Positions 42,801 to 57,800 of a stretch of 64,000 nt of DNA are shown here, one piece after another. Within the stretch, counting starts at the first letter, position 1. Every line of letters begins with the position of its first letter. The stretch is from Eledone cirrhosa. Lineage: Eukaryota. A model generated the notes under the pieces. It searched no databases. It was given only the letters and a program-made list of their open reading frames with translations, and was not told the DNA's origin. The DNA is taken from NCBI GenBank assembly GCA_964016885.1, contig OZ024750.1, positions 30,752,001-30,816,000 on the forward strand, in the 5' to 3' direction. The position numbers and the translations under genes are program-made.

Positions 42801-45800
42801 CAGTGGATGGTATTTTAGTACTGACAGGGGTAGATGGTATTTTAGTAATAACAGGGGTGGATGGTATTTTAGTAATAACAGGGGTAGATGGTATTTTAGT
42901 AATAACAGCAGTGGATGGTATTTTAGTACTCACAGGGGTAGATGGTATTTTAGTAATAACAGGGGTGGATGGTATTTTAGTAATAACTGGGGTAGATGGT
43001 ATTTTAGTAATAACAGGGGTAGATGGTATTTTAGTAATAACAGGGGTAGATGGTATTTTAGTAATAACAGGGGAGGATGGTCTTTTAGTAATAACAGGGG
43101 AGGATGGTCTTTTAGTAATAACAGGGGTGGATGGTATTTTAGTACTGACTGGGGTGGATGGTATTTTGGTAATAACAGGGGAGGATGGTATTTTGGTAAT
43201 AACAGGGGTGGATGGTATTTTAGTAATGACAGGGGTGGATGGTATTTTAGTAATGACAGGGGTGGATGGTATTTTAGTAATAACAGCAGTGGATGGTACT
43301 TTAGTACTCACAGGGGTAGATGATATTTTAGTACTGACAGGGGTAGATGGTATTTTAGTACTGACAGGGGTAGATGGTATTTTAGTAATAACAGCAGTGG
43401 ATGGTATTTTAGTACTGACAGGGGTAGATGGTATTTTAGTAATAACAGCAGTGGATGGTATTTTAGTACTGACAGGGGTAGAAACGACAGGTGTAGATGG
43501 TATTTTAGTAATAACAGGTGTGGATGGTATTTTAGTAATAGCAGAGGTAGATGGTATTTTGATACTGATAGGGGTGGATGGTATTTTAGTAATAAGAGGG
43601 GTGGATCGTAGTGCTGGTGTAGTAATGACAGGGGTAGATTGTATTTCAGTACTGATAGGGGTAGCTGGTAGTGTAGGCTTAGTACTGACAGAGGTGGATG
43701 GTATTTTAGTAACGACAGGTGTAGATGGTATTTTAGTAACGACAGGTGTAGATGGTATTTTAGTACTGACAGGGGTAGATGGTATTTTAGTAATAACAGG
43801 GGTAGATGGTATTTTCGTACTGGCAGTGGTAAATGGTAGTTTACTACTGACAGGTGTAGATGGCAGTGATGATGTAGTACTTGAAGCGGTAGATGGCAGT
43901 GATGGCGTAGTTACTGCTGGTCTACTTGGTGCAGTTGTCGATGTTTTTGGTGCTCTACTAGATGCTGCAGTACTTGGTACAGTGTATGGTAACGTTGGTG
44001 ATGTACCTGGTATTGAGGATGGTAGTGTTGGTATATATCTTGAGGAACTTTCTGATGCAATGATTGGTGCACTTGCTGATGGAGGAATAGTACTGGCTAG
44101 AGTATATGTTGGCATCTTAGCTGCAGAAATAACAATGTGATATATATAATTATAATTGCTTCGTGCCATAACAAATTCTTCATTTGGATAATCATAAAAT
44201 GTATTTTGTTTTGTTGAAATTAATTATGTGGTTAGAATCTGCAACGGAAATATGGCATGGCATGGTCCTGTAACTCCCAAGGGAGTTGTAGGGGTTCTGT
44301 ATTGAAATATGGCATTTCTAGGGCTTTTTAGAACCTAGCAAAGCTCATCTCTTCTCCACAGTGTGAATAGAGAAGATTTCTTCCAGAGAAGGATAGAAAG
44401 TGAAAGAATTGAAATGAGAAAGAGATATAGAGGAAGAATCCACCCCTGTACTAGACTAGTACATTTTATCAACTTCATTGGGTGAAAGGCAAAGTTGACC
44501 TTACTTTCATATATATTGTTAAATCATAATACAGCCTGATAGTATTCATAAATGTTTTAATAAAGAATTTCTTTGTTTTAATAAAGAATTTCTTTGTTTT
44601 AACAAAGAATTTCTTGATATGAGAAATGACTTCAGGTAATGTCAATGTTTCTTTAAAAAAATTGAAATATTAACGTTTTCTAGGTATAACAATAACTGAT
44701 GGAATCAGTAGAATTACTAAAAGTTGTAATAGTTTTCTACTAAGCACTTTCTGTCAAAACATCAATGTAAACTTTTCATTACCAAATATTTAATAGAGAG
44801 ACACTGCTTAAAATTTTCATAAAAATTGTGAAAATAAAAGAAATTTCGATACATGAATACATGTCCTATTATGAAGCTGATATTTGGAAGAAAGAAGCTT
44901 ACAAAAACAAAAATATGAATAGATGAAAATTTCAGTTTTAAACAATTCAGAAAAAAAACTTTGAATCTTATAAACGATAAATGTTGAAGAGATTTGATGT
45001 CGAAATAATTTTAACTATTTCAGAAACATATCTACCAAATAAAATGTAGATAAATTAGAATTGATATGAATATGAATATAAAGCAATACGTATATATTCA
45101 AAGATTTATCTAAATTGATTCATGAGGAAAGGCATTTAACATAAAACTCACGTTGACTAGTTGTTGGTACACTTGATACAACTGCTGAAGTGGCTGGTGC
45201 CAGTGTTGTTGTAAGAGGATCTGAAGTTTAGGAAAGAAATCACAATAATCAAAATCTATGTGACTTTACAAATCAGTTGTAAATAAAGATGAGTTGCATC
45301 AGGATTAATAGAAATAAATAAATAGATTGGAATTATCACTTACGTTTACAGATTTTGGCAGACACAGATACGACCATATCTTCTGTGATATCATCAGCTT
45401 CAATTACAATCGTCACAGTTTCTTGACCATTACCACTTGGAATACCAACTGGTCTATCTGGGGTTGATGTCTGTAGAATGGATTTACATTTTTTATTAAT
45501 GATAAGATTAAAATAAACAGTGATCGTCAAAAAATATAGACAATGTCGAAATTCCATTAATGAATGAAATAGAACACTGTCTGAATTATATGTCCTTATA
45601 TTCTGTAAATTCTAGAATATCATTATATGAATTGAAATATTAATATAAAGGAAGATACATATGAAATAAGTAGAAAGAAATATGAAACTTGAATGAAAAA
45701 ATCACCATCAGATTACCTTGATTGTGTATTCTGTTGAAGGATTTGATAACAAAACAGTATATGATTTCACATTTTCATGGTCAACAAGGCTTATTGTTCC

Positions 45801-48800
45801 ACCGGCATTAAGCGTGGGACCAATTTGTAATGTGACAGTTCTTTTAGATTTAGCATTAGTTTTCCAGCCAACATTTGGTCTCACATCACTAGGTGATCCG
45901 ACATTAGGACTTAAGGTGATTGCTGTATCAGGGATGAAAGTTTCATCATCCATTGCTTCTGTTATCTCACAGAACACTGTTAAATAAAACAATTACATAT
46001 TATAAAGTGTCAAAATAAAATGATAATAGTACAAATGTTCTATATATGAAGGATAACATATGTAATAATTATTGCATTAATACTCACACTCAGTAGTTCT
46101 TTGGACAGTTGGAACAGCTGTCGAAGTTACAGGTGCTATTGTTGATGACACTGGTGCTATTGTTGATGACACAGGTTCTAGAATTTATAAAGAATATCTA
46201 CTTAGTGAATTGTTTTAGACAATTAAAGCAGATCTTTGCACCAGAATAATTGTAAAGAAAATAAAATGAAATATCCTAGATTTCATAGTGAATCTAATCT
46301 TTTAAATATTTGAAAATTAGAGCGTTCCACATATCCATAAGTATGTATTTGTAAATTAGAGCGTTCCACATATCCATGAATAAATCTATGTATTTATATG
46401 TTGATTTGTCTAGATGTATAAAAGGTACACAGCTCAATGTCAGTATTATGTTTTTCTTTCCATAAACATTATTGCTACTAAGAAATGTTTTAAGGGAGAT
46501 AAGAATAAATGAAGTAAACTAATTGTTTGATTCAATGTGATATTTATTTTGACTGATGGCTGATAAAAGTTCCAGAAAATTTGGAAGGAAATGTAATAAA
46601 GTAAAATAAAATCAATATGAATTAGATTTTTTACGAAGAATAAGCTGCTGGTAGAAAGCGATATCATGTAGAAACCACAGAAAATAGTGGAGATTCAAAT
46701 ATTTGTATTAATAGTTGAACATGACATTAAGTTTGAAAAATTATTATTGATACAATATTTAATGCCAGTAATAAACGTATGAATTACAATAGGAAAATTA
46801 TATATGAATGAAACAAATTTACAAATTTTTAAAGAACTCCCTTCAGATAGATATGTCTTTCAATTAAATATATAGTTTCCATTTATGTGTGATGTAGGAA
46901 TGAAGCACTTGCCTGATTAATTATACATATGAAATATACCAGCTTTTATGTAATTGTTAGATGTTAACTGGGATTGTTTCAAAATGAGTCCTTATAAAAG
47001 AACTGTAAATTTTAAAAACAAAACTAGAGATCCAAGTTGCAAATTAATGAAGGTTTATTGGAATTACCAAATATACAGCCATACATATATATTGAAAGAT
47101 TTATCTACATTGATTCATGAGGAAAGTCATTTAACATAAAACTCACGTTGACTAGTTGTTGGTACACTTGATACAACTGCTGAAGTGGCTGGTGCCAGTG
47201 TTGTTGTAAGAGGATCTGAAGTTTAGGAAAGAAATCACAATAATCAAAATCTATGTGACTTTACACATCAGTTGTAAATAAAGATGAGTTGCATCAGGAT
47301 TAATAGAAATAAATAAATAGATTGGAATTATCACTTACGTTTACAGATTTTGGCAGACACAGATACGACCATATCTTCTGTGATATCATCAGCTTCAATT
47401 ACAATCGTCACAGTTTCTTGACCATTACCACTTGGAATACCAACTGGTCTATCTGGGGTTGATGTCTGTAGAATGGATTTACATTTTTTATTAATGATAA
47501 GATTAAAATAAACAGTGATCGTCAAAAAATATAGACAATGTCGAAATTCCATTAATGAATGAAATAGAACACTGTCTGAATTATATGTCCTTATATTCTG
47601 TAAATTCTAGAATATCATTATATGAATTGAAATATTAATATAAAGGAAGATACATATGAAATAAGTAGAAAGAAATATGAAACTTGAATGAAAAAATCAC
47701 CATCAGATTACCTTGATTGTGTATTCTGTTGAAGGATTTGATAACAAAACAGTATATGATTTCACATTTTCATGGTCAACAAGGCTTATTGTTCCACCGG
47801 CATTAAGCGTGGGACCAATTTGTAATGTGACAGTTCTTTTAGATTTAGCATTAGTTTTCCAGCCAACATTTGGTCTCACATCACTAGGTGATCCGACATT
47901 AGGACTTAAGGTGATTGCTGTATCAGGGATGAAAGTTTCATCATCCATTGCTTCTGTTATCTCACAGAACACTGTTAAATAAAACAATTACATATTATAA
48001 AGTGTCAAAATAAAATGATAATAGTACAAATGTTCTATATATGAAGGATAACATATGTAATAATTATTGCATTAATACTCACACTCAGTAGTTCTTTGGA
48101 CAGTTGGAACAGCTGTCGAAGTTACAGGTGCTATTGTTGATGACACAGGTGCTATTGTTGATGACACAGGTTCTAGAATTTAGAAAGAATATCTACTTAG
48201 TGAATTGTTTTAGACAATTAAAGCAGATCTTTGCACCAGAATAATTGTAAAGAAAATAAAATGAAATATCCTAGATTTCATAGTGAATCTAATCTTTTAA
48301 ATATTTGAAAATTAGAGCGTTCCACATATCCATAAGTATATATTTGTAAATTAGAGCGTTCCACATATCCATGAATAAATCTATGTATTTATATGTTGAT
48401 TTGTCTAGATGTATAAAAGGTACACAGCTCAATGTCAGTATTATGTTTTTCTTTACATAAACATTATTGCTACTAAGAAATGTTTTAAGGGAGATAAGAA
48501 TAAATGAAGTAAACTAATTGTTTGATTCAATGTGATATTTATTTTGACTGATGGCTGATAAAAGTTCCAGAAAATTTGGAAGGAAATGTAATAAAGTAAA
48601 ATAAAATCAATATGAATTAGATTTTTTACGAAGAATAAGCTGCTGGTAGAAAGCGATATCATGTAGAAACCACAGAAAATAGTGGAGATTCAAATATTTG
48701 TATTAATAGTTGAACATGACATTAAGTTTGAAGAATTATTATTGATACAATATTTATAAACCACATTAATATAATGCCAGTAATAAACGAATGAATTACA

Positions 48801-51800
48801 ATAGGAAAATTATATATGAATGAGACAAATTTACAAATTTTTAAAGAACTCCCTTCAGATAGATATGTCTTTCAATTAAATATATAGTTTCCATTTATGT
48901 GTGATGTAGGAATGAAGCACTTGCCTGATTAATTATACATATGAAATATACCAGCTTTTATGTAATTGTTAGATGTTAACTGGGATTGTTTCAAAATGAG
49001 TCCTTATAAAAGAACTGTAAATTTTAAAAACAAAACTAGAGATCCAAGTTGCAAATTAATGAAGGTTTATTGGAATTACCAAATATACAGCCATACATAT
49101 ATATTGAAAGATTTATCTACATTGATTCATGAGGAAAGTCATTTAACATAAAACTCACGTTGACTAGTGGTTGGTACACTTGATACAACTGCTGAAGTGG
49201 CTGGTGCCAGTGTTGTTGTAAGAGGATCTGAAGTTTAGGAAAGAAATCACAATAATCAAAATCTATGTGACTTTACAAATCAGTTGTAAATAAAGATGAG
49301 TTGCATCAGGATTAATAGAAATAAATAAATAGATTGGAATTATCACTTACGTTTACAGATTTTGGCAGACACAGATACGACCATATCTTCTGTGATATCA
49401 TCAGCTTCAATTACAATCGTCACAGTTTCTTGACCATTACCACTTGGAATACCAACTGGTCTATCTGGGGTTGATGTCTGTAGAATGGATTTACATTTTT
49501 TATTAATGATAAGATTAAAATAAACAGTGATCGTCAAAAAATATAGACAATGTCGAAATTCCATTAATGAATGAAATAGAACACTGTCTGAATTATATGT
49601 CCTTATATTCTGTAAATTCTAGAATATCATTATATGAATTGAAATATTAATATAAAGGAAGATACATATGAAATAAGTAGAAAGAAATATGAAACTTGAA
49701 TGAAAAAATCACCATCAGATTACCTTGATTGTGTATTCTGTTGAAGGATTTGATAACAAAACAGTATATGATTTCACATTTTCATGGTCAACAAGGCTTA
49801 TTGTTCCACCGGCATTAAGCGTGGGACCAATTTGTAATGTGACAGTTCTTTTAGATTTAGCATTAGTTTTCCAGCCAACATTTGGTCTCACATCACTAGG
49901 TGATCCGACATTAGGACTTAAGGTGATTGCTGTATCAGGGATGAAAGTTTCATCATCCATTGCTTCTGTTATCTCACAGAACACTGTTAATTAAAACAAT
50001 TACATATTATAAAGTGTCAAAATAAAATGATAATAGTACAAATGTTCTATATATGAAGGATAACATATGTAATAATTATTGCATTAATACTCACACTCAG
50101 TAGTTCTTTGGACAGTTGGAACAGCTGTCGAAGTTACAGGTGCTATTGTTGATGACACAGGTGCTATTGTTGATGACACAGGTTCTAGAATTTAGAAAGA
50201 ATATCTACTTAGTGAATTGTTTTAGACAATTAAAGCAGATCTTTGCACCAGAATAATTGTAAAGAAAATAAAATGAAATATCCTAGATTTCATAGTGAAT
50301 CTAATCTTTTAAATATTTGAAAATTAGAGCGTTCCACATATCCATAAGTATGTATTTGTAAATTAGAGCGTTCCACATATCCATGAATAAATCTATGTAT
50401 TTATATGTTGATTTGTCTAGATGTATAAAAGGTACACAGCTCAATGTCAGTATTATGTTTTTCTTTCCATAAACATTATTGCTACTAAGAAATGTTTTAA
50501 GGGAGATAAGAATAAATGAAGTAAACTAATTGTTTGATTCAATGTGATATTTATTTTGACTGATGGCTGATAAAAGTTCCAGAAAATTTGGAAGGAAATG
50601 TAATAAAGTAAAATAAAATCAATATGAATTAGATTTTTTACGAAGAATAAGCTGCTGGTAGAAAGCGATATCATGTAGAAACCACAGAAAATAGTGGAGA
50701 TTCAAATATTTGTATTAATAGTTGAACATGACATTAAGTTTGAAAAATTATTATTGATACAATATTTAATGCCAGTAATAAACGTATGAATTACAATAGG
50801 AAAATTATATATGAATGAGACAAATTTACAAATTTTTAAAGAACTCCCTTCAGATAGATATGTCTTTCAATTAAATATATAGTTTCCATTTATGTGTGAT
50901 GTAGGAATGAAGCACTTGCCTGATTAATTATACATATGAAATATACCAGCTTTTATGTAATTGTTAGATGTTAACTGGGATTGTTTCAAAATGAGTCCTT
51001 ATAAAAGAACTGTAAATTTTAAAAACAAAACTAGAGATCCAAGTTGCAAATTAATGAAGGTTTATTGGAATTACCAAATATACAGCCATACATATATATT
51101 GAAAGATTTATCTACATTGATTCATGAGGAAAGTCATTTAACATAAAACTCACGTTGACTAGTTGTTGGTACACTTGATACAACTGCTGAAGTGGCTGGT
51201 GCCAGTGTTGTTGTAAGAGGATCTGAAGTTTAGGAAAGAAATCACAATAATCAAAATCTATGTGACTTTACAAATTAGTTGTAAATAAAGATGAGTTGCA
51301 TCAGGATTAATAGAAATAAATAAATAGATTGGAATTATCACTTACGTTTGCAGATTTTGGCAGACACAGATACGACCATATCTTCTGTGATATCATCAGC
51401 TTCAATTACAATCGTCACAGTTTCTTGACCATTACCACTTGGAATACCAACTGGTCTATCTGGGGTTGATGTCTGTAGAATGGATTTATATCTTTTATTA
51501 ATGATAAGATTAAAATAAACAGTGATCGTCAAAAAATATAGACAATGTCGAAATTCCATTAATGAATGAAATAGAACACTGTCTGAATTATATGTCCTTA
51601 TATTCTGTAAATTCTAGAATATCATTATATGAATTGAAATATTAATATAAAGGAAGATACATATGAAATAAGTAGAAAGAAATATGAAACTTGAATGAAA
51701 AAATCACCATCAGATTACCTTGATTGTGTATTCTGTTGAAGGATTTGATAACAAAACAGTATATGATTTCACATTTTCATGGTCAACAAGGCTTATTGTT

Positions 51801-54800
51801 CCACCGGCATTAAGCGTGGGACCAATTTGTAATGTGACAGTTCTTTTAGATTTAGCATTAGTTTTCCAGCCAACATTTGGTCTCACATCACTAGGTGATC
51901 CGACATTAGGACTTAAGGTGATTGCTGTATCAGGGATGAAAGTTTCATCATCCATTGCTTCTGTTATCTCACAGAACACTGTTAATTAAAACAATTACAT
52001 ATTATAAAGTGTCAAAATAAAATGATAATAGTACAAATGTTCTATATATGAAGGATAACATATGTAATAATTATTGCATTAATACTCACACTCAGTAGTT
52101 CTTTGGACAGTTGGAACAGCTGTCGAAGTTACAGGTGCTATTGTTGATGACACAGGTGCTATTGTTGATGACACAGGTTCTAGAATTTAGAAAGAATATC
52201 TACTTAGTGAATTGTTTTAGACAATTAAAGCAGATCTTTGCACCAGAATAATTGTAAAGAAAATAAAATGAAATATCCTAGATTTCATAGTGAATCTAAT
52301 CTTTTAAATATTTGAAAATTAGAGCGTTCCACATATCCATAAGTATGTATTTGTAAATTAGAGCGTTCCACATATCCATGAATAAATCTATGTATTTATA
52401 TGTTGATTTGTCTAGATGTATAAAAGGTACACAGCTCAATGTCAGTATTATGTTTTTCTTTACATAAACATTATTGCTACTAAGAAATGTTTTAAGGGAG
52501 ATAAGAATAAATGAAGTAAACTAATTGTTTGATTCAATGTGATATTTATTTTGACTGATGGCTGATAAAAGTTCCAGAAAATTTGGAAGGAAATGTAATA
52601 AAGTAAAATAAAATCAATATGAATTAGATTTTTTACGAAGAATAAGCTGCTGGTAGAAAGCGATATCATGTAGAAACCACAGAAAATAGTGGAGATTCAA
52701 ATATTTGTATTAATAGTTGAACATGACATTAAGTTTGAAGAATTATTATTGATACAATATTTATAAACCACATTAATATAATGCCAGTAATAAACGAATG
52801 AATTACAATAGGAAAATTATATATGAATGAGACAAATTTACAAATTTTTAAAGAACTCCCTTCAGATAGATATATCTTTCAATTAAATATATAGTTTCCA
52901 TTTATGTGTGATGTAGGAATGAAGCACTTGCCTGATTAATTATACATTTGAAATATACCAGCTTTTATGTAATTGTTAGATGTTAACTGGGATTGTTTCA
53001 AAATGAGTCCTTATAAAAGAAGTGTAAATTTTAAAAACAAAACTAGAGATCCAAGTTGCAAATTAATGAAGGTTTATTGGAATTACCAAATATACAGCCA
53101 TACATATATATTGAAAGATTTATCTACATTGATTCATGAGGAAAGTCATTTAACATAAAACTCACGTTGACTAGTTGTTGGTACACTTGATACAACTGCT
53201 GAAGTGGCTGGTGCCAGTGTTGTTGTAAGAGGATCTGAAGTTTAGGAAAGAAATCACAATAATCAAAATCTATGTGACTTTACAAATCAGTTGTAAATAA
53301 AGATGAGTTGCATCAGGATTAATAGAAATAAATAAATAGATTGGAATTATCACTTACGTTTACAGATTTTGGCAGACACAGATACGACCATATCTTCTGT
53401 GATATCATCAGCTTCAATTACAATCGTCACAGTTTCTTGACCATTACCACTTGGAATACCAACTGGTCTATCTGGGGTTGATGTCTGTAGAATGGATTTA
53501 CATTTTTTATTAATGATAAGATTAAAATAAACAGTGATCGTCAAAAAATATAGACAATGTCGAAATTCCATTAATGAATGAAATAGAACACTGTCTGAAT
53601 TATATGTCCTTATATTCTGTAAATTCTAGAATATCATTATATGAATTGAAATATTAATATAAAGGAAGATACATATGAAATAAGTAGAAAGAAATATGAA
53701 ACTTGAATGAAAAAATCACCATCAGATTACCTTGATTGTGTATTCTGTTGAAGGATTTGATAACAAAACAGTATATGATTTCACATTTTCATGGTCAACA
53801 AGGCTTATTGTTCCACCGGCATTAAGCGTGGGACCAATTTGTAATGTGACAGTTCTTTTAGATTTAGCATTAGTTTTCCAGCCAACATTTGGTCTCACAT
53901 CACTAGGTGATCCGACATTAGGACTTAAGGTGATTGCTGTATCAGGGATGAAAGTTTCATCATCCATTGCTTCTGTTATCTCACAGAACACTGTTAAATA
54001 AAACAATTACATATTATAAAGTGTCAAAATAAAATGATAATAGTACAAATGTTCTATATATGAAGGATAACATATGTAATAATTATTGCATTAATACTCA
54101 CACTCAGTAGTTCTTTGGACAGTTGGAACAGCTGTCGAAGTTACAGGTGCTTTTGTTGATGACACAGGTGCTATTGTTGATGACACAGGTTCTAGAATTT
54201 AGAAAGAATATCTACTTAGTGAATTGTTTTAGACAATTAAAGCAGATCTTTGCACCAGAATAATTGTAAAGAAAATAAAATGAAATATCCTAGATTTCAT
54301 AGTGAATCTAATCTTTTAAATATTTGAAAATTAGAGCGTTCCACATATCCATAAGTATGTATTTGTAAATTAGAGCGTTCCACATATCCATGAATAAATC
54401 TATGTATTTATATGTTGATTTGTCTAGATGTATAAAAGGTACACAGCTCAATGTCAGTATTATGTTTTTCTTTACATAAACATTATTGCTACTAAGAAAT
54501 GTTTTAAGGGAGATAAGAATAAATGAAGTAAACTAATTGTTTGATTCAATGTGATATTTATTTTGACTGATGGCTGATAAAAGTTCCAGAAAATTTGGAA
54601 GGAAATGTAATAAAGTAAAATGAAATCAATATGAATTAGATTTTTTACGAAGAATAAACTGCTGGTAGAAAGCGATATCATGTAGAAACCACAGAAAATA
54701 GTGGAGATTCAAATATTTGTATTAATAGTTGAACATGACATTAAGTTTGAAGAATTATTATTGATACAATATTTATAAACCACATTAATATAATGCCAGT

Positions 54801-57800
54801 AATAAACGAATGAATTACAATAGGAAAATTATATATGAATGAGACAAATTTACAAATTTTTAAAGAACTCCCTTCAGATAGATATGTCTTTCAATTAAAT
54901 ATATAGTTTCCATTTATGTGTGATGTAGGAATGAAGCACTTGCCTGATTAATTAAACATATGAAATATACCAGCTTTTATGTAATTGTTAGATGTTAACT
55001 GGGATTGTTTCAAAATGAGTCCTTATAAAAGAAGTGTAAATTTTAAAAACAAAACTAGAGATCCAAGTTGCAAATTAATGAAGGTTTATTGGAATTACCA
55101 AATATACAGCCATACATATATATTGAAAGATTTATCTACATTGATTCATGAGGAAAGTCATTTAACATAAAACTCACGTTGACTAGTTGTTGGTACACTT
55201 GATACAACTGCTGAAGTGGCTGGTGCCAGTGTTGTTGTAAGAGGATCTGAAGTTTAGGAAAGGAATCACAATAATCAAAATCTATGTGACTTTACAAATC
55301 AGTTGTAAATAAAGATGAGTTGCATCAGGATTAATAGAAATAAATAAATAGTTTGGAATTATCACTTACGTTTACAGATTTTGGCAGACACAGATACGAC
55401 CAAATCTTCTGTGATATCATCAGCTTCAATTACAATCGTCACAGTTTCTTGACCATTACCACTTGGAATACCAACTGGTCTATCTGGGGTTGATGTCTGT
55501 AGAATGGATTTACATTTTTTATTAATGATAAGATTAAAATAAACAGTGATCGTCAAAAAAATAGACAATGTCGAAATTCCATTAATGAATGAAATAGAAC
55601 ACTGTCTGAATTATATGTCCTTATATTCTGTAAATTCTAGAATATCATTATATGAATTGAAATATTAATATAAAGGAAGATACATATGAAATAAGTAGAA
55701 AGAAATATGAAACTTGAATGAAAAAATCACCATCAGATTACCTTGATTGTGTATTCTGTTGAAGGATTTGATAACAAAACAGTATATGATTTCACATTTT
55801 CATGGTCAACAAGGCTTATTGTTCCACCGGCATTAAGCGTGGGACCAATTTGTAAAGTGACAGTTCTTTTAGATTTAGCATTAGTTTTCCAGCCAACATT
55901 TGGTCTCACATCACTAGGTGATCCGACATTAGGACTTAAGGTGATTGCTGTATCAGGGATGAAAGTTTCATCATCCATTGCTTCTGTTATCTCACAGAAC
56001 ACTGTTAAATAAAACAATTACATATTATAAAGTGTCAAAATAAAATGATAATAGTACAAATGTTCTATATATGAAGGATAACATATGTAATAATTATTGC
56101 ATTAATACTCACACTCAGTAGTTCTTTGGACAGTTGGAACAGCTGTCGAAGTTACAGGTGCTATTGTTGATGACACAGGTGCTATTGTTGATGACACAGG
56201 TTCTAGAATTTAGAAAGAATATCTACTTAGTGAATTGTTTTAGACAATTAAAGCAGATCTTTGCACCAGAATAATTGTAAAGAAAATAAAATGAAATATC
56301 CTAGATTTCATAGTGAATCTAATCTTTTAAATATTTGAAAATTAGAGCGTTCCACATATCCATAAGTATGTATTTGTAAATTAGAGCGTTCCACATATCC
56401 ATGAATAAATCTATGTATTTATATGTTGATTTGTCTAGATGTATAAAAGGTACACAGCTCAATGTCAGTATTATGTTTTTCTTTCCATAAACATTATTGC
56501 TACTAAGAAATGTTTTAAGGGAGATAAGAATAAATGAAGTAAACTAATTGTTTGATTCAATGTGATATTTATTTTGACTGATGGCTGATAAAAGTTCCAG
56601 AAAATTTGGAAGGAAATGTAATAAAGTAAAATAAAATCAATATGAATTAGATTTTTTACGAAGAATAAGCTGCTGGTAGAAAGCGATATCATGTAGAAAC
56701 CACAGAAAATAGTGGAGATTCAAATATTTGTATTAATAGTTGAACATGACATTAAGTTTGAAGAATTATTATTGATACAATATTTATAAACCACATTAAT
56801 ATAATGCCAGTAATAAACGAATGAATTACAATAGGAAAATTATATATGAATGAGACAAATTTACAAATTTTTAAAGAACTCCCTTCAGATAGATATATCT
56901 TTCAATTAAATATATAGTTTCCATTTATGTGTGATGTAGGAATGAAGCACATGCCTGATTAATTATACATATGAAATATACCAGCTTTTATGTAATTGTT
57001 AGATGTTAACTGGGATTGTTTCAAAATGAGTCCTTATAAAAGAAGTGTAAATTTTAAAAACAAAACTAGAGATCCAAGTTGCAAATTAATGAAGGTTTAT
57101 TGGAATTACCAAATATACAGCCATACATATATATTGAAAGATTTATCTACATTGATTCATGAGGAAAGTCATTTAACATAAAACTCACGTTGACTAGTTG
57201 TTGGTACACTTGATACAACTGCTGAAGTGGCTGGTGCCAGTGTTGTTGTAAGAGGATCTGAAGTTTAGGAAAGAAATCACAATAATCAAAATCTATGTGA
57301 CTTTACAAATCAGTTGTAAATAAAGATGAGTTGCATCAGGATTAATAGAAATAAATAAATAGATTGGAATTATCACTTACGTTTACAGATTTTGGCAGAC
57401 ACAGATACGACCATATCTTCTGTGATATCATCAGCTTCAATTACAATCGTCACAGTTTCTTGACCATTACCACTTGGAATACCAACTGGGCTATCTGGGG
57501 TTGATGTCTGTAGAATGGATTTACATTTTTTATTAATGATAAGATTAAAATAAACAGTGATCGTCAAAAAATATAGACAATGTCGAAATTCCATTAATGA
57601 ATGAAATAGAACACTGTCTGAATTATATGTCCTTATATTCTGTAAATTCTAGAATATCATTATATGAATTGAAATATTAATATAAAGGAAGATACATATG
57701 AAATAAGTAGAAAGAAATATGAAACTTGAATGAAAAAATCACCATCAGATTACCTTGATTGTGTATTCTGTTGAAGGATTTGATAACAAAACAGTATATG

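Noticed and set aside
40058-44140. 1360-aa plus-strand ORF (VITGVDGIL)n
   Set aside because: Antisense shadow of the 27-bp coding repeat; only the minus frame has splice sites and phases that fit the gene.
44121-44169. ATG start of the 1465-aa ORF as a stand-alone gene
   Set aside because: No signal peptide; a phase-matched acceptor at 44120 marks it as an internal exon.
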